Assembly: GCA_903867855.1 (NCBI GenBank)
Contig: CAIPTA010000173.1
Coordinates: 1 to 57,972, forward strand
Length of the DNA: 57,972 nucleotides
Source of the DNA: Oligoflexia bacterium
Lineage (GTDB): Bacteria; Bdellovibrionota; UBA1018; CAIPTA01
Direction: 5' to 3'
The notes beneath the pieces were generated by a model. It had not been told where the DNA came from. It saw nothing but the letters and a program-made list of their open reading frames with translations, and searched no databases. The position numbers and the translations under genes are program-made. How positions within the stretch are numbered: the stretch's first letter is position 1; the number at the start of each line of letters is the position of its first letter. This document shows positions 48,698 through 57,972 of this stretch, piece by piece.

Positions 48698-49294
48698 CTA
48701 GCGTTTTGCCGCTTTTCGCTCGCGAAATTTTTCTTTTAGGCCTTTAAAGAAATCCACGGCATAGGTGGAAGCGCTGGTCACAGAGAGAGCCACGGAGATA
48801 TACATAAGCACAGTGCCGATCGTATCACTCGGCAAGTGGAAAAGGTCTTCATGTAAAATGAGAAAGGGAATGGCCACCATTTGCAGGGCTGCCTTCCATT
48901 TTCCGCCTTGTCCGGCGGCGATGATCACGCCCTCTCCAGCCGCAAGCGCGCGCAAGGAAGTGATCCCCATTTCTCGGCAAATCAGGATCATCACGAGATA
49001 AGGAGAAATTCTTCCCAGCTGTTGCAGCATGATGAGGGAGCTCACCACGAGAAATTTATCGGCGAGAGGGTCCATCAGTTTGCCAAAAATAGTCACAGCC
49101 TTATAGGCGCGGGCCAAGTAGCCATCGAAATAATCGGTGATTGCAGCGAGGGAGAAAAGCACGCAGGCGGCAATATCGTAGTGATAGGTTTTTTGGGCGA
49201 GGAAGTAGATCACGCCAGGCACCGCAATCATGCGCAGCACTGTGAGACGATTTGGCGGATTATCAAAGGTGAGTGACGATTCAGAATCGTTCAT
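48698..49294 (-). CDS. pgsA: CDP-diacylglycerol--glycerol-3-phosphate 3-phosphatidyltransferase
   Basis: PN.LT.LR, TDYFDGYLAR, FGKLMDPLADK, REMGITSLR, GKWKA.LQM. Confidence 0.95.
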   Translation of the reverse strand: MNDSESSLTFDNPPNRLTVLRMIAVPGVIYFLAQKTYHYDIAACVLFSLAAITDYFDGYLARAYKAVTIFGKLMDPLADKFLVVSSLIMLQQLGRISPYLVMILICREMGITSLRALAAGEGVIIAAGQGGKWKAALQMVAIPFLILHEDLFHLPSDTIGTVLMYISVALSVTSASTYAVDFFKGLKEKFRERKAAKR

Positions 49295-50319
49295 AGCAGT
49301 ACCCCTAAACCAGTATATAGAAGGTACGACACAATGAGGAGCGCGGTGAGGATGCGTCCTGATTCTTTTTCAATCAGCAGCACGGAGACAAAAATACCCG
49401 TGTAAACCAGCAAAACAGGAATATCCAAGGAAAGGAGCCTTGGTGCCAGAGTGCTACCCCAGATGAGCGCCATAATGCCAGGTAAGAAGAGCACATTGAG
49501 CATGCAGGAGTGGGTTAGGCTAGTGAGGGTAAGCGCTCTGCCCGTGGTGCTCTCGCGAAGGGAAAGGAGGGAGCGGATAAGCCACGGCGTGGAGAGGAGA
49601 AATGCCACTAGGTGAACAGCCGCCTTTGTATCGCTCACGATGCCACCGGAAACATATTCGTAGATCCAAAGCACAAAGGGATAAGCAGAGCCTAAGGCCA
49701 ATACGAAAAATCCAAGCCCTAAACAAAAGAAGGCAAAAATCGGCAATAGTCCATCACTCGATTCGAGGATAGATTCGTTCGGATGGTTCCGTTCAAAGTA
49801 TTTCCATTCACTAGAGTAGCTGCGGAAGTAGAAACCATAGCCTACTGAGAGCAAGAGGAGAAATGCGCCTTCCCAGCGACTGATGCGATAATTTAAGCAG
49901 GCATAGCTGAAGGCCACGGTGGCGAGGAGAAGAAATACTGGGCTGGTCATGGTTCGTAAGCGAAAGAAAGTGATCGGGCCAGCCACGAGGATCATGCCGA
50001 GGGCTAAGCTGAGTGCAATCACATTGCTGCCGATCATGGAGCCGAGCATGAGATTGCTGGCGATGGCCTTGTCTTTTAGAAAAAGGTGACACGCCAGAGA
50101 AAAGGCTAAAAGGGGAATGGAGCTCCCGAGCGCCCAGAGCAGTGCTGCTCCTTTTGCCCAGCCGCCGTTCCACGGTAGAGCTAGTTTTGGTTCTTCTTGA
50201 TTGGGTAGACGTTTTGATGCATCCCAGGCTTCGAGAATGGGGGCAAGGCGTTTAAAGTTCGCCGAGGAGAACTCGGAAAAAACTAAGAGAAAGAATAAAC
50301 TGATGAGTGCGCCTAGCAT
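49291..50319 (-). CDS. Sodium:calcium antiporter-like (YrbG/CaCA) membrane protein, divergent
   Basis: About ten TMs with an alpha-1 repeat remnant GSSIP...GSMIGSNV. Confidence 0.65.
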   Translation of the reverse strand: MLGALISLFFLLVFSEFSSANFKRLAPILEAWDASKRLPNQEEPKLALPWNGGWAKGAALLWALGSSIPLLAFSLACHLFLKDKAIASNLMLGSMIGSNVIALSLALGMILVAGPITFFRLRTMTSPVFLLLATVAFSYACLNYRISRWEGAFLLLLSVGYGFYFRSYSSEWKYFERNHPNESILESSDGLLPIFAFFCLGLGFFVLALGSAYPFVLWIYEYVSGGIVSDTKAAVHLVAFLLSTPWLIRSLLSLRESTTGRALTLTSLTHSCMLNVLFLPGIMALIWGSTLAPRLLSLDIPVLLVYTGIFVSVLLIEKESGRILTALLIVSYLLYTGLGVLL

Positions 50320-50434
50320 GAGTTTCGCTCACGGTTTCCGCTGAGGTGCAATTGCTTGGTTTGACGCAGGATTTCGCATAATCTCTCGCTGAATACTACA
50401 CTTGTAGGCCATCTTTCTGCTAAAATTTTTCAGT

Positions 50435-51112
50435 ATGAACCAAGAAAAAAGCTTATTGCATCGCAGGGTGCCACGTTTCCCCCTTCCCAAAGAGAAGATT
50501 AAATTTTTTCTGGAGGAATCAGAAAAAATCTTCGCTGTTCGCGATCTCTCCTTAGGCGGATTGAGTATCAGTCTTTTAGAGCATGGTGAATCGCTGCTGT
50601 TCGTGCCCAATGAAATGTATAAAGCAGAGCTCAAGATCAATGAGAGGCCTATACTGCTCGAATTGAGTGTGGTGCGAATTAGTGCCTGGGCTGTTGGTTT
50701 CGCGATTGAAAATTTGGCGGAAGCCGATCGCGAGCACTTTGTGGAATTTTTAGATCCGATTCAGATTGGCCGCTCGCTGCGTTCCGTGGATAGCAAGGTG
50801 GCTCCCGAACTCGTGGGAGAAGGGATCTCGCGCTGGTACCACGGCGATATCGGCACAGATATTTTCTTTTGGAACGATGCCCGTGGGGGAGTGGAGCGCG
50901 CCCTCTTTTGTATGGGAGATGAATTTTGGGAGTGGACACAAAATGAAGCCCCAAGAACGGGCACTCTTGAGCGTCTCGAAAAAGAGCAGGCTAAATTTCA
51001 TTATCACGGCATGCCCGAGATGCGCTTGAAGCAGCGAGTGAGCATGATCCTTGCGAATGCCGACGTATTGGATTATCGCTTAGTGAACTTTCTAAAAGAA
51101 TTGAATCGCTAG
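50435..51112 (+). CDS. PilZ domain protein
   Basis: RRVPR (RxxxR) and DLSLGG (DxSxxG). Confidence 0.85.
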   Translation: MNQEKSLLHRRVPRFPLPKEKIKFFLEESEKIFAVRDLSLGGLSISLLEHGESLLFVPNEMYKAELKINERPILLELSVVRISAWAVGFAIENLAEADREHFVEFLDPIQIGRSLRSVDSKVAPELVGEGISRWYHGDIGTDIFFWNDARGGVERALFCMGDEFWEWTQNEAPRTGTLERLEKEQAKFHYHGMPEMRLKQRVSMILANADVLDYRLVNFLKELNR

Positions 51113-51120
51113 GAGAAAAA

Positions 51121-52074
<954 letters not shown>

Positions 52075-52084
52075 GGGAGATGTT

Positions 52085-52534
52085 ATGGCTGGCGCAAAAC
52101 ACACGGAAGTAATGGATGTAGAACTAGATGCTCTCTGGGATGTGATCTCTGACTATGAAAATTACCCGAAATTCGTGGAAGGCATGGAGAGCTTAGAAAT
52201 CACTAAGCGCGATGGCAATACCACTGTGGCGAACTATGTGGTGAGTATGTTCGGTAAAAAAGTGCGATATACCTTGAAGCACACCGAAAAGCCGAAAAAG
52301 CACCTAGAGTGGGAAATGCTCGAAGGCGAATTTTTTAAATTTAATAATGGATCCTGGGACCTTAAAGAAAAAGGGAAAGGCAAAGTAGAAGCCACCTATA
52401 CCGTAGATGTTGGATTCCCACTCCTCGTGCCAAAATCCATTGTGAACACGCTCACAGGAACGCAGCTGCCCTCCATGATGAAAGCTTTCGTGGAGAGAGC
52501 GCAGAAAATCGCCAAGAAGAAATCGAAGAAATAG
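52085..52534 (+). CDS. SRPBCC/START (Coq10/RatA-like cyclase-dehydrase) protein
   Basis: WDVI.DYENYP.F, G.W.L, and F..RA at the C-terminus. Confidence 0.85.
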   Translation: MAGAKHTEVMDVELDALWDVISDYENYPKFVEGMESLEITKRDGNTTVANYVVSMFGKKVRYTLKHTEKPKKHLEWEMLEGEFFKFNNGSWDLKEKGKGKVEATYTVDVGFPLLVPKSIVNTLTGTQLPSMMKAFVERAQKIAKKKSKK

Positions 52535-52535
52535 T

Positions 52536-52826
52536 ATGGTGAAAAAAATAAAGATAGTAGCGCCTGAGCTTTTGAATGACATAGTGAAGCGAATGGCGAG
52601 CGAATTGCAGTTGCCAAAGGATGCTATCGAAACGGTGATGGAAAATATGGGCAAGGTGCGCCAGGGTGCCTTGGATGGAATTTCCCGCGAAGTGGGCAAG
52701 GCGCTCAATCGTGTAGATTTCGGGCGCATCACCACAGATATTTTGGAAAACTATACTTTAAAAGTAAATGCGGAGATCCGCCTAGAGCCAAAGAAAAAGG
52801 CGAAGAAAAAACGGGGCACTGCTTGA
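52536..52826 (+). CDS. Small helical hypothetical protein
   Basis: 96-aa ORF tightly coupled to both neighbours (LPKDA, EVGKAL..VD, EIRL). Confidence 0.65.
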   Translation: MVKKIKIVAPELLNDIVKRMASELQLPKDAIETVMENMGKVRQGALDGISREVGKALNRVDFGRITTDILENYTLKVNAEIRLEPKKKAKKKRGTA

Positions 52827-53149
52827 GCGATGTAAATGAAATCACAGAATATGCAGATGGTGTGCTCTGGTTCACCCGCGAAGGTACGCTTCTTACTATC
52901 GGTATCACGGAGAAGGCTCTCGATTTAGCCGGCACCATTCAAGAAATTGAGTTTCCTGAACTCGGCGATGAATATGCTGGCGGCGATTGGATTGGCGAAA
53001 TCCAAGGTAAAAATGTGGATGTAGAAATTGTGGCTCCACTTTCGCTGCGCATCGACGAGATCAATGAAGAAGTGCGCGATCAATTTTCCCTTTTAGATGA
53101 TGATCCAACGGGAGATGCGTGGATCTTGCGGGCAACTATTTTATCGTAA
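52823..53149 (+). CDS. Glycine cleavage H-like protein lacking the canonical lipoyl-Lys
   Basis: TIGITE.A....G.I..IE.PE.G, APLS.....IN......D..G.AW. VESVKA is replaced by IQGKNV. Confidence 0.75.
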   Translation: MSDVNEITEYADGVLWFTREGTLLTIGITEKALDLAGTIQEIEFPELGDEYAGGDWIGEIQGKNVDVEIVAPLSLRIDEINEEVRDQFSLLDDDPTGDAWILRATILS

Positions 53150-53164
53150 ATCCAGGAAGCTAGC

Positions 53165-54343
53165 GTGGCGAAAAAAACTAAGGCAAATCAAGATAAGGAA
53201 CGCTTTCGCAGCAATCTACTTGCCGTTGTTTCCCATGAATTAAATACACCGCTCACAGGAATTTTTTCGGCACTCACTGTTTTGGAAGAGCGTTTCGCGG
53301 CTGAAAAAGAATTCGTGCCCATGCTCCGCCGAAATGCAGAGCGACTCAAAAAAACAATTGATAACTTGATGGAACTCTCGCGTGCAGATGCGGGTGCACT
53401 AAGAGTGCGCCTGGCGGAAGTGGATATGGAAAATCTCCTGCGAGTAAGTGCCGAATCCTTGAAGAAGAATCTGAAGAAGCAAAAATTCACTATGGATTTC
53501 GAGATCGAAGAGGATCTCCCGCGTGCCTGCGCTGATCCTCGTAGGCTAAGTTTTGCCTTTGAATGCCTAGTAAATAACGCAATGAAGTTTTCCGATCTCA
53601 CACGTACGAAAGAAATTCCTGCGGTAAAGGTTTCCCTTAATTTAGATACAGCAGATAAAATTCCCCAGGGACTTTTAAAAAACGGTGCCCCGAAAACAAA
53701 GATGTATCTTTATGTTTCGGTGCAGTCGTCGCTCCCCTCTGTTGGCGAAGCGCCAGATAGCTTCGAACAATTATTCGAGCCTTTCGGCCCTTGGCGTGAT
53801 GTAGATTCCATGGAGCGTGAAGGTTTAGGCGTGGAACTGGCCTTGGCGAAAGAAATTTTCCATGCTCATGAAGGCTTTATCTGGGCGGAGTTTCCCGAAG
53901 AAGGCAGTCACGACGCCTGGATTTTCCACTTTGCTTTGCCTGTGCTTTCCCGGATCGATGAAATTGAATTAGTGGTGAACAATCGCTTGCATACGGGGAT
54001 TGGTCTATTGGGTAAGCTTTCCCTGCTGCTCTTGCGGGCTGGGCCTGGCCAGGAGATTTCTCAAGAATTGCGTCCAAAAATTCTCAAGGAAGTGCAAACT
54101 GCCCTTTTTCGTGCCAGCGACAGTGCCTTTTGGATGGAGGATACGGGCGAACTCCTCATTCTACTCGATGATTGTGATGCGCTTGCGGCCGAGAGAGTAG
54201 CAGCTAGGGTTTTAGAGCTTCTGGCGCCCCATTTCATAGGATTGGAGCTACTCTGGACCACCGTAACAGGCCCTGAAGACGGCACTAATGCTAAGGAATT
54301 ACTGGAAAAAGCTCGATTTTCTTGGCGTCCAACGAGTCACTAA
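53165..54343 (+). CDS. Cytoplasmic histidine kinase-like protein (HisKA, degenerate HATPase, degenerate GGDEF-like C-terminus)
   Basis: VSHELNTPLT, NNAMKF, LFEPF, GLG. The C-terminus reads FRASD....EDTGELLILL.D.D...AERVAARV. Confidence 0.8.
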   Translation: MAKKTKANQDKERFRSNLLAVVSHELNTPLTGIFSALTVLEERFAAEKEFVPMLRRNAERLKKTIDNLMELSRADAGALRVRLAEVDMENLLRVSAESLKKNLKKQKFTMDFEIEEDLPRACADPRRLSFAFECLVNNAMKFSDLTRTKEIPAVKVSLNLDTADKIPQGLLKNGAPKTKMYLYVSVQSSLPSVGEAPDSFEQLFEPFGPWRDVDSMEREGLGVELALAKEIFHAHEGFIWAEFPEEGSHDAWIFHFALPVLSRIDEIELVVNNRLHTGIGLLGKLSLLLLRAGPGQEISQELRPKILKEVQTALFRASDSAFWMEDTGELLILLDDCDALAAERVAARVLELLAPHFIGLELLWTTVTGPEDGTNAKELLEKARFSWRPTSH

Positions 54344-54384
54344 CTTTATTTCTCTCCTCATTCCAGCTATAAGACAGCATCACC

Positions 54385-55797
54385 ATGAGCGAAGAGAAAT
54401 CTTTTTACATTAAAACCTTTGGCTGCCAGATGAACGGCCACGATTCCGAGCGGATGGCTTCTTTGCTCACCGAGCAGGGCTATAAGCCAGCGGCGGAGTT
54501 GGACGAGGCGAATTTAGTGATTTTCAATAGCTGCTCCATTCGCGATAAGAGCGAGCAAAAAGCCTATACGAGCATGGGTTTCTTGCGCAAAAATGGAAAA
54601 AAGAAAAATCCTAATTTGAAAATTGGTTTTGCTGGTTGCGTGGCTCAGCAAGATCGCGAGGAAGTGTTCCGCGGAGCTCCTCATCTTGATTTTGTGATCG
54701 GCACTGATTCCATCGATCAGCTTCCTGAGATCGTTCATCGGGTAAAAAATGGCGAAGAGAAAATCCTGCAAGTGGGCTTTGATCCAGCGAATGATTATTC
54801 CATCGAAACCAAGGTGACGAGTGGAAAATCCCAAGCGCTGGTGAATATCATGAAGGGCTGCGATAATTTTTGTTCCTATTGTATTGTGCCCTTCACCCGT
54901 GGCCGCGAAAAAAGCCGCCAGCTTCAAGAAGTGGTGCAGGATGTGAAGCGCCTCGTGCTTGGCGGCGTGGTGGAAGTTACTCTCCTTGGTCAGAATGTAA
55001 ATTCCTATGGGAAATCTTTGGGTGGCAAAGAGGCAGGTGCTAGCTTTCCGCTTTTACTGCGCGCCCTGCAAGCCATGGCAGATGATTTAGATACGCGCGG
55101 CATCACTGATCCAACAGGTCGCAGTGGCAAGCCTCGCGGCCTCCGCCAGATTCGCTATACCACTTCTCACCCAAAAGATTTTGATGAAGAGATGATCGAG
55201 TGTCACGCTACTCTTTCTCGCGTGGTGCCGCATCTTCACCTGCCTGTGCAGAGTGGCTCTGGAAAAATTTTGAAACGCATGAAGCGTTATGTACCAATTT
55301 CGCTGTATATCGAACGCCTTCAAATACTTCGCGAGCGAGTGCGCGGTATCGCTATTTCCACCGATCTTATTGTTGGTTTTCCTGGGGAAGAAGAAGCAGA
55401 TTTCGAAGCCACGATGAAATTAGTGGAGACGATTCGCTATGATAATATTTTTGCCTATACCTATTCGCCTCGTCCTGGCACAGCGGCCTTGAAATTCGGC
55501 GATACAGTACCGGAAGACGTGAAAAAAGATCGCTTCAACCGCTTGATGAATCGTCAGGCAGAAATTCAAGCGGAACTCAATCGCTCTCGGGTAGGCGTGG
55601 TGGAACAAATTTTGGTGGAAGGCCCCTCAAAAAGTAATCCAAGGATGGCAACCGGGCGCACGCTTGGCTTGCGCACTGTGAACTTTTCTCTGCCTGAGGG
55701 TGCGCTCGATCCTCTGCAACTGCAGGGCAAGTTCATTCCAGTTCGCATCGTAGATTCCAATGCGTTTGCGCTCAAAGGGGAGGCACAAATTCTATGA
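54385..55797 (+). CDS. miaB: tRNA-2-methylthio-N6-dimethylallyladenosine synthase
   Basis: TFGCQMN.HDSE, NSCSIR, GCVAQ, CDNFCSYC radical SAM motif, LGQNVNSYG, C-terminal TRAM. Confidence 0.96.
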   Translation: MSEEKSFYIKTFGCQMNGHDSERMASLLTEQGYKPAAELDEANLVIFNSCSIRDKSEQKAYTSMGFLRKNGKKKNPNLKIGFAGCVAQQDREEVFRGAPHLDFVIGTDSIDQLPEIVHRVKNGEEKILQVGFDPANDYSIETKVTSGKSQALVNIMKGCDNFCSYCIVPFTRGREKSRQLQEVVQDVKRLVLGGVVEVTLLGQNVNSYGKSLGGKEAGASFPLLLRALQAMADDLDTRGITDPTGRSGKPRGLRQIRYTTSHPKDFDEEMIECHATLSRVVPHLHLPVQSGSGKILKRMKRYVPISLYIERLQILRERVRGIAISTDLIVGFPGEEEADFEATMKLVETIRYDNIFAYTYSPRPGTAALKFGDTVPEDVKKDRFNRLMNRQAEIQAELNRSRVGVVEQILVEGPSKSNPRMATGRTLGLRTVNFSLPEGALDPLQLQGKFIPVRIVDSNAFALKGEAQIL

Positions 55798-56324
55798 TCG
55801 CCGAAGTGATGGGAAAGAAACCAAAAATACCTGCCTCCGTTTTTATTGCTGATACTGCGGCGGTGATTGGGGATGTGACTTTAGGGGAAGAAGTGAGCAT
55901 CTGGTTTCACGCAGTGGTGCGTGGAGATGTGCACTGGATTAAGATCGGCGACCAAACGAATGTGCAGGATGGTTCTGTTTTACACGTAACCAATGGTCGT
56001 TTCCCGCTCACGATCGGTGCCAGGGTAACCATTGGTCATAAGGTTTTGCTTCATGGATGCACTGTGGGCAATGACTGCTTGATTGGAATGGGCGCAATTA
56101 TACTCGATGGCGTGGAAGTGGGCGATGGATGTGTGGTCGCCGCTGGCGCACTGTTGCCGCCTGGAAAAAAATATCCAGCCGGACATTTAATTTTGGGTTC
56201 TCCAGCCAAGGCTGTGCGCCAAATATCGGCGCAAGAAAAAATTGATCTCATCGAAACTGGCACACGGAACTATCGATCCTACGCCAAAGATTTCAAGGCG
56301 AGTTTCCGAAAAATTTCGGATTAA
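55794..56324 (+). CDS. Gamma carbonic anhydrase family protein (YrdA-like)
   Basis: Hexapeptide repeats, RGDV..I.IG..TNVQDG.VLH, GH...LHGC. Confidence 0.92.
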   Translation: MIAEVMGKKPKIPASVFIADTAAVIGDVTLGEEVSIWFHAVVRGDVHWIKIGDQTNVQDGSVLHVTNGRFPLTIGARVTIGHKVLLHGCTVGNDCLIGMGAIILDGVEVGDGCVVAAGALLPPGKKYPAGHLILGSPAKAVRQISAQEKIDLIETGTRNYRSYAKDFKASFRKISD

Positions 56325-56397
56325 GTGTAATCACAAGATGCAGATTTTCTTCGCTGCGCCAGGTAAAAACTTTTGCCGATCCATGCTAGCATAAAGC

Positions 56398-57873
56398 ATG
56401 AAGCAAGAAATCCGAGAAACCCTTACTTTTGATGATGTTTTACTCGTGCCTTGTGCAAGTTCGGTATTGCCGAATCAAGTGTCTGTGAGCTCGCGACTCA
56501 CGAAAAGAATAAAATTAAATGTGCCAATTCTCACCGCAGCGATGGATACCGTAACGGAGTCTGCTACCGCAATTTCTATCGCGCAAGAGGGCGGTCTGGG
56601 TGTGATTCATAAAAATATGTCGATCGAGGATCAGGCGTTTGAAGTGAGCCGCGTGAAGAAAAGTGAAAGCGGCATGATTCGCGAGCCAATCACTGTTTCC
56701 CCGGAACAGCCTGTGCGCGAGGCTCTTCGGCTGATGGCAACTTATAAGATTTCCGGCGTGCCGGTTACGAAAGATGGCACCATGTATGGTGCGCTGGTGG
56801 GAATTATCACCAACCGCGACGTGCGATTTTTAGAGGATGAGTCTGCGCCTGTTTCAGATTATATGACGGGCGAAAATTTGGTTACCTGTCCTGTGGGCAC
56901 AAACCGTGAAGAGGCAAAAAAACTTTTACACAAACACCGAATTGAAAAACTCCTTGTGGTGGATGCAAAAAAACATCTCACGGGTCTCATCACCATTAAA
57001 GACATCGAAAAATCGATGAAATTTCCTCATTCGAATAAGGATCAGTACAGCCGCCTCGTGGTTGGGGCGGCCGTAGGTGTGAGTGGTGATGTGATGGATC
57101 GCTCTGCAGCTTTAGTTGATGCTGGAGTCGACGCATTATTTGTGGATTCCGCGCACGGACACTCTCAAGGCGTATTGCAACTCGTGAAAAAATTGAAGGC
57201 GAAGTACGGTTCCGCAGTGGATATTATCGCGGGTAACGTGGCAACAGGCGAGGGGGCGAAAGCTCTCATCGATCATGGTGCCGATGCCATAAAAGTAGGA
57301 ATTGGCCCTGGATCCATTTGCACCACTCGCGTGGTGGCCGGAGTGGGAGTAGCACAACTTTCTGCGGTGATGGATGCAGTGGAAGAAGCTTCCAAGCACG
57401 GAATCTCAGTGATCGCGGATGGTGGGATAAAGTTTTCTGGCGATATCGTGAAAGCGCTCGCAGCCGGAGCGAGTTGTGTAATGTTAGGAAATCTTTTTGC
57501 TGGCACCGACGAATCTCCAGGAGAATTGGTTTTGTTGCAGGGCCGTTCCTACAAAGTGTATCGCGGTATGGGTTCTCTCGCGGCGATGAAGCTTGGATCA
57601 AAGGATCGCTATGCGCAATCTGGTCAAGAGGATGCGAAGCTCGTTCCCGAGGGAATCGAAGGCCGCGTTCCCTATCGAGGCACTATCTCCGCCGTGGTTC
57701 ATCAATTGATGGGCGGTTTGCGCAGTGGAATGGGCTATGTGGGCGCTGAAAATTTGGCAGATTTACATGTGAAAGCAAAGTTTGTGAAAATTTCTCCTGC
57801 TGGTTTGCGAGAAAGTCATCCCCATAATGTGGATATAACCAAAGAAGCTCCAAACTATTGGGGCGGAGTATAG
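56398..57873 (+). CDS. guaB: Inosine-5'-monophosphate dehydrogenase
   Basis: [20 protein letters not shown] pair, [31 protein letters not shown]. Confidence 0.98.
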   Translation: MKQEIRETLTFDDVLLVPCASSVLPNQVSVSSRLTKRIKLNVPILTAAMDTVTESATAISIAQEGGLGVIHKNMSIEDQAFEVSRVKKSESGMIREPITVSPEQPVREALRLMATYKISGVPVTKDGTMYGALVGIITNRDVRFLEDESAPVSDYMTGENLVTCPVGTNREEAKKLLHKHRIEKLLVVDAKKHLTGLITIKDIEKSMKFPHSNKDQYSRLVVGAAVGVSGDVMDRSAALVDAGVDALFVDSAHGHSQGVLQLVKKLKAKYGSAVDIIAGNVATGEGAKALIDHGADAIKVGIGPGSICTTRVVAGVGVAQLSAVMDAVEEASKHGISVIADGGIKFSGDIVKALAAGASCVMLGNLFAGTDESPGELVLLQGRSYKVYRGMGSLAAMKLGSKDRYAQSGQEDAKLVPEGIEGRVPYRGTISAVVHQLMGGLRSGMGYVGAENLADLHVKAKFVKISPAGLRESHPHNVDITKEAPNYWGGV

Positions 57874-57876
57874 CTT

Positions 57877-57972
57877 GTGAAGCTGAAAAAATTCTTAGTC
57901 GGACAATATGATGCAGAAACAATTGTTTTAGAAAATTCCGCGAACGATGAGCAATGCTTTCTTTCGGATGAT
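57877..57972 (+). CDS. Possible start of a downstream hypothetical CDS (3' partial)
   Basis: GTG 3 nt after the guaB stop, open to the end of the window (MKLKKFLVGQYDAET...). No family recognised. Confidence 0.35.
   Translation, partial: MKLKKFLVGQYDAETIVLENSANDEQCFLSDD

Noticed and set aside
50373-50400. dif-like site (TTCGCATAAT matches the XerC arm)
   Set aside because: No XerD arm (TTATGTTAAA) at the required 6-bp spacing.
57877-57972. guaA expected after guaB
   Set aside because: The translation lacks the GuaA N-terminal ILILDFGSQ motif and is too short to assign.

Overview
Mostly ordinary chromosomal DNA that I infer comes from a Bdellovibrionota-like (Oligoflexia/Bacteriovoracia-type) predatory bacterium, based on a TIGR02147 protein, an FHA-sigma54 activator, several PilZ/HD-GYP proteins and many secreted orphans. 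It holds about 55 CDS and three tRNAs (Leu-CAG, Leu-CAA, Gly-GCC). Housekeeping genes include accA, yicC-gmk-rel, fabI, fadH, pgsA, glpX, miaB, guaB, an rlmD-type methyltransferase and lemA-TPM-TPM. The first ~335 bp are AT-rich (~34% GC by hand count) and encode a divergent atpA fragment that collides with a truncated gene from the main sequence, which is probably a contig junction or chimera. I saw no CRISPR array, transposase, integrase or prophage. The best leads are: (1) an R-x-[P/I]-(A)-S motif shortly after the export signal of four exported proteins, all in units with FliA/sigma28-like promoters, which may be an uncharacterised sorting or processing signal; (2) a two-gene operon encoding a coiled-coil protein and a 1171-aa acidic protein derived from a catalytically dead HD-GYP, a possible signalling scaffold; (3) a sensorless histidine kinase with a degenerate ATP lid and an RxxD-retaining degenerate GGDEF domain; (4) a stand-alone HisKA microprotein in an operon with REC-PilZ and REC proteins; (5) a perfect 30-bp palindrome containing the start codons of both divergent genes at a GbsR-type regulator/photolyase locus; (6) a stanniocalcin-like protein, a plastid/chlamydial-type FabI, an Fe-S-less (6-4) photolyase, a GcvH-like protein lacking the lipoyl lysine and a degenerate CcsA. 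All family assignments come from motif recognition and recall, not database searches.
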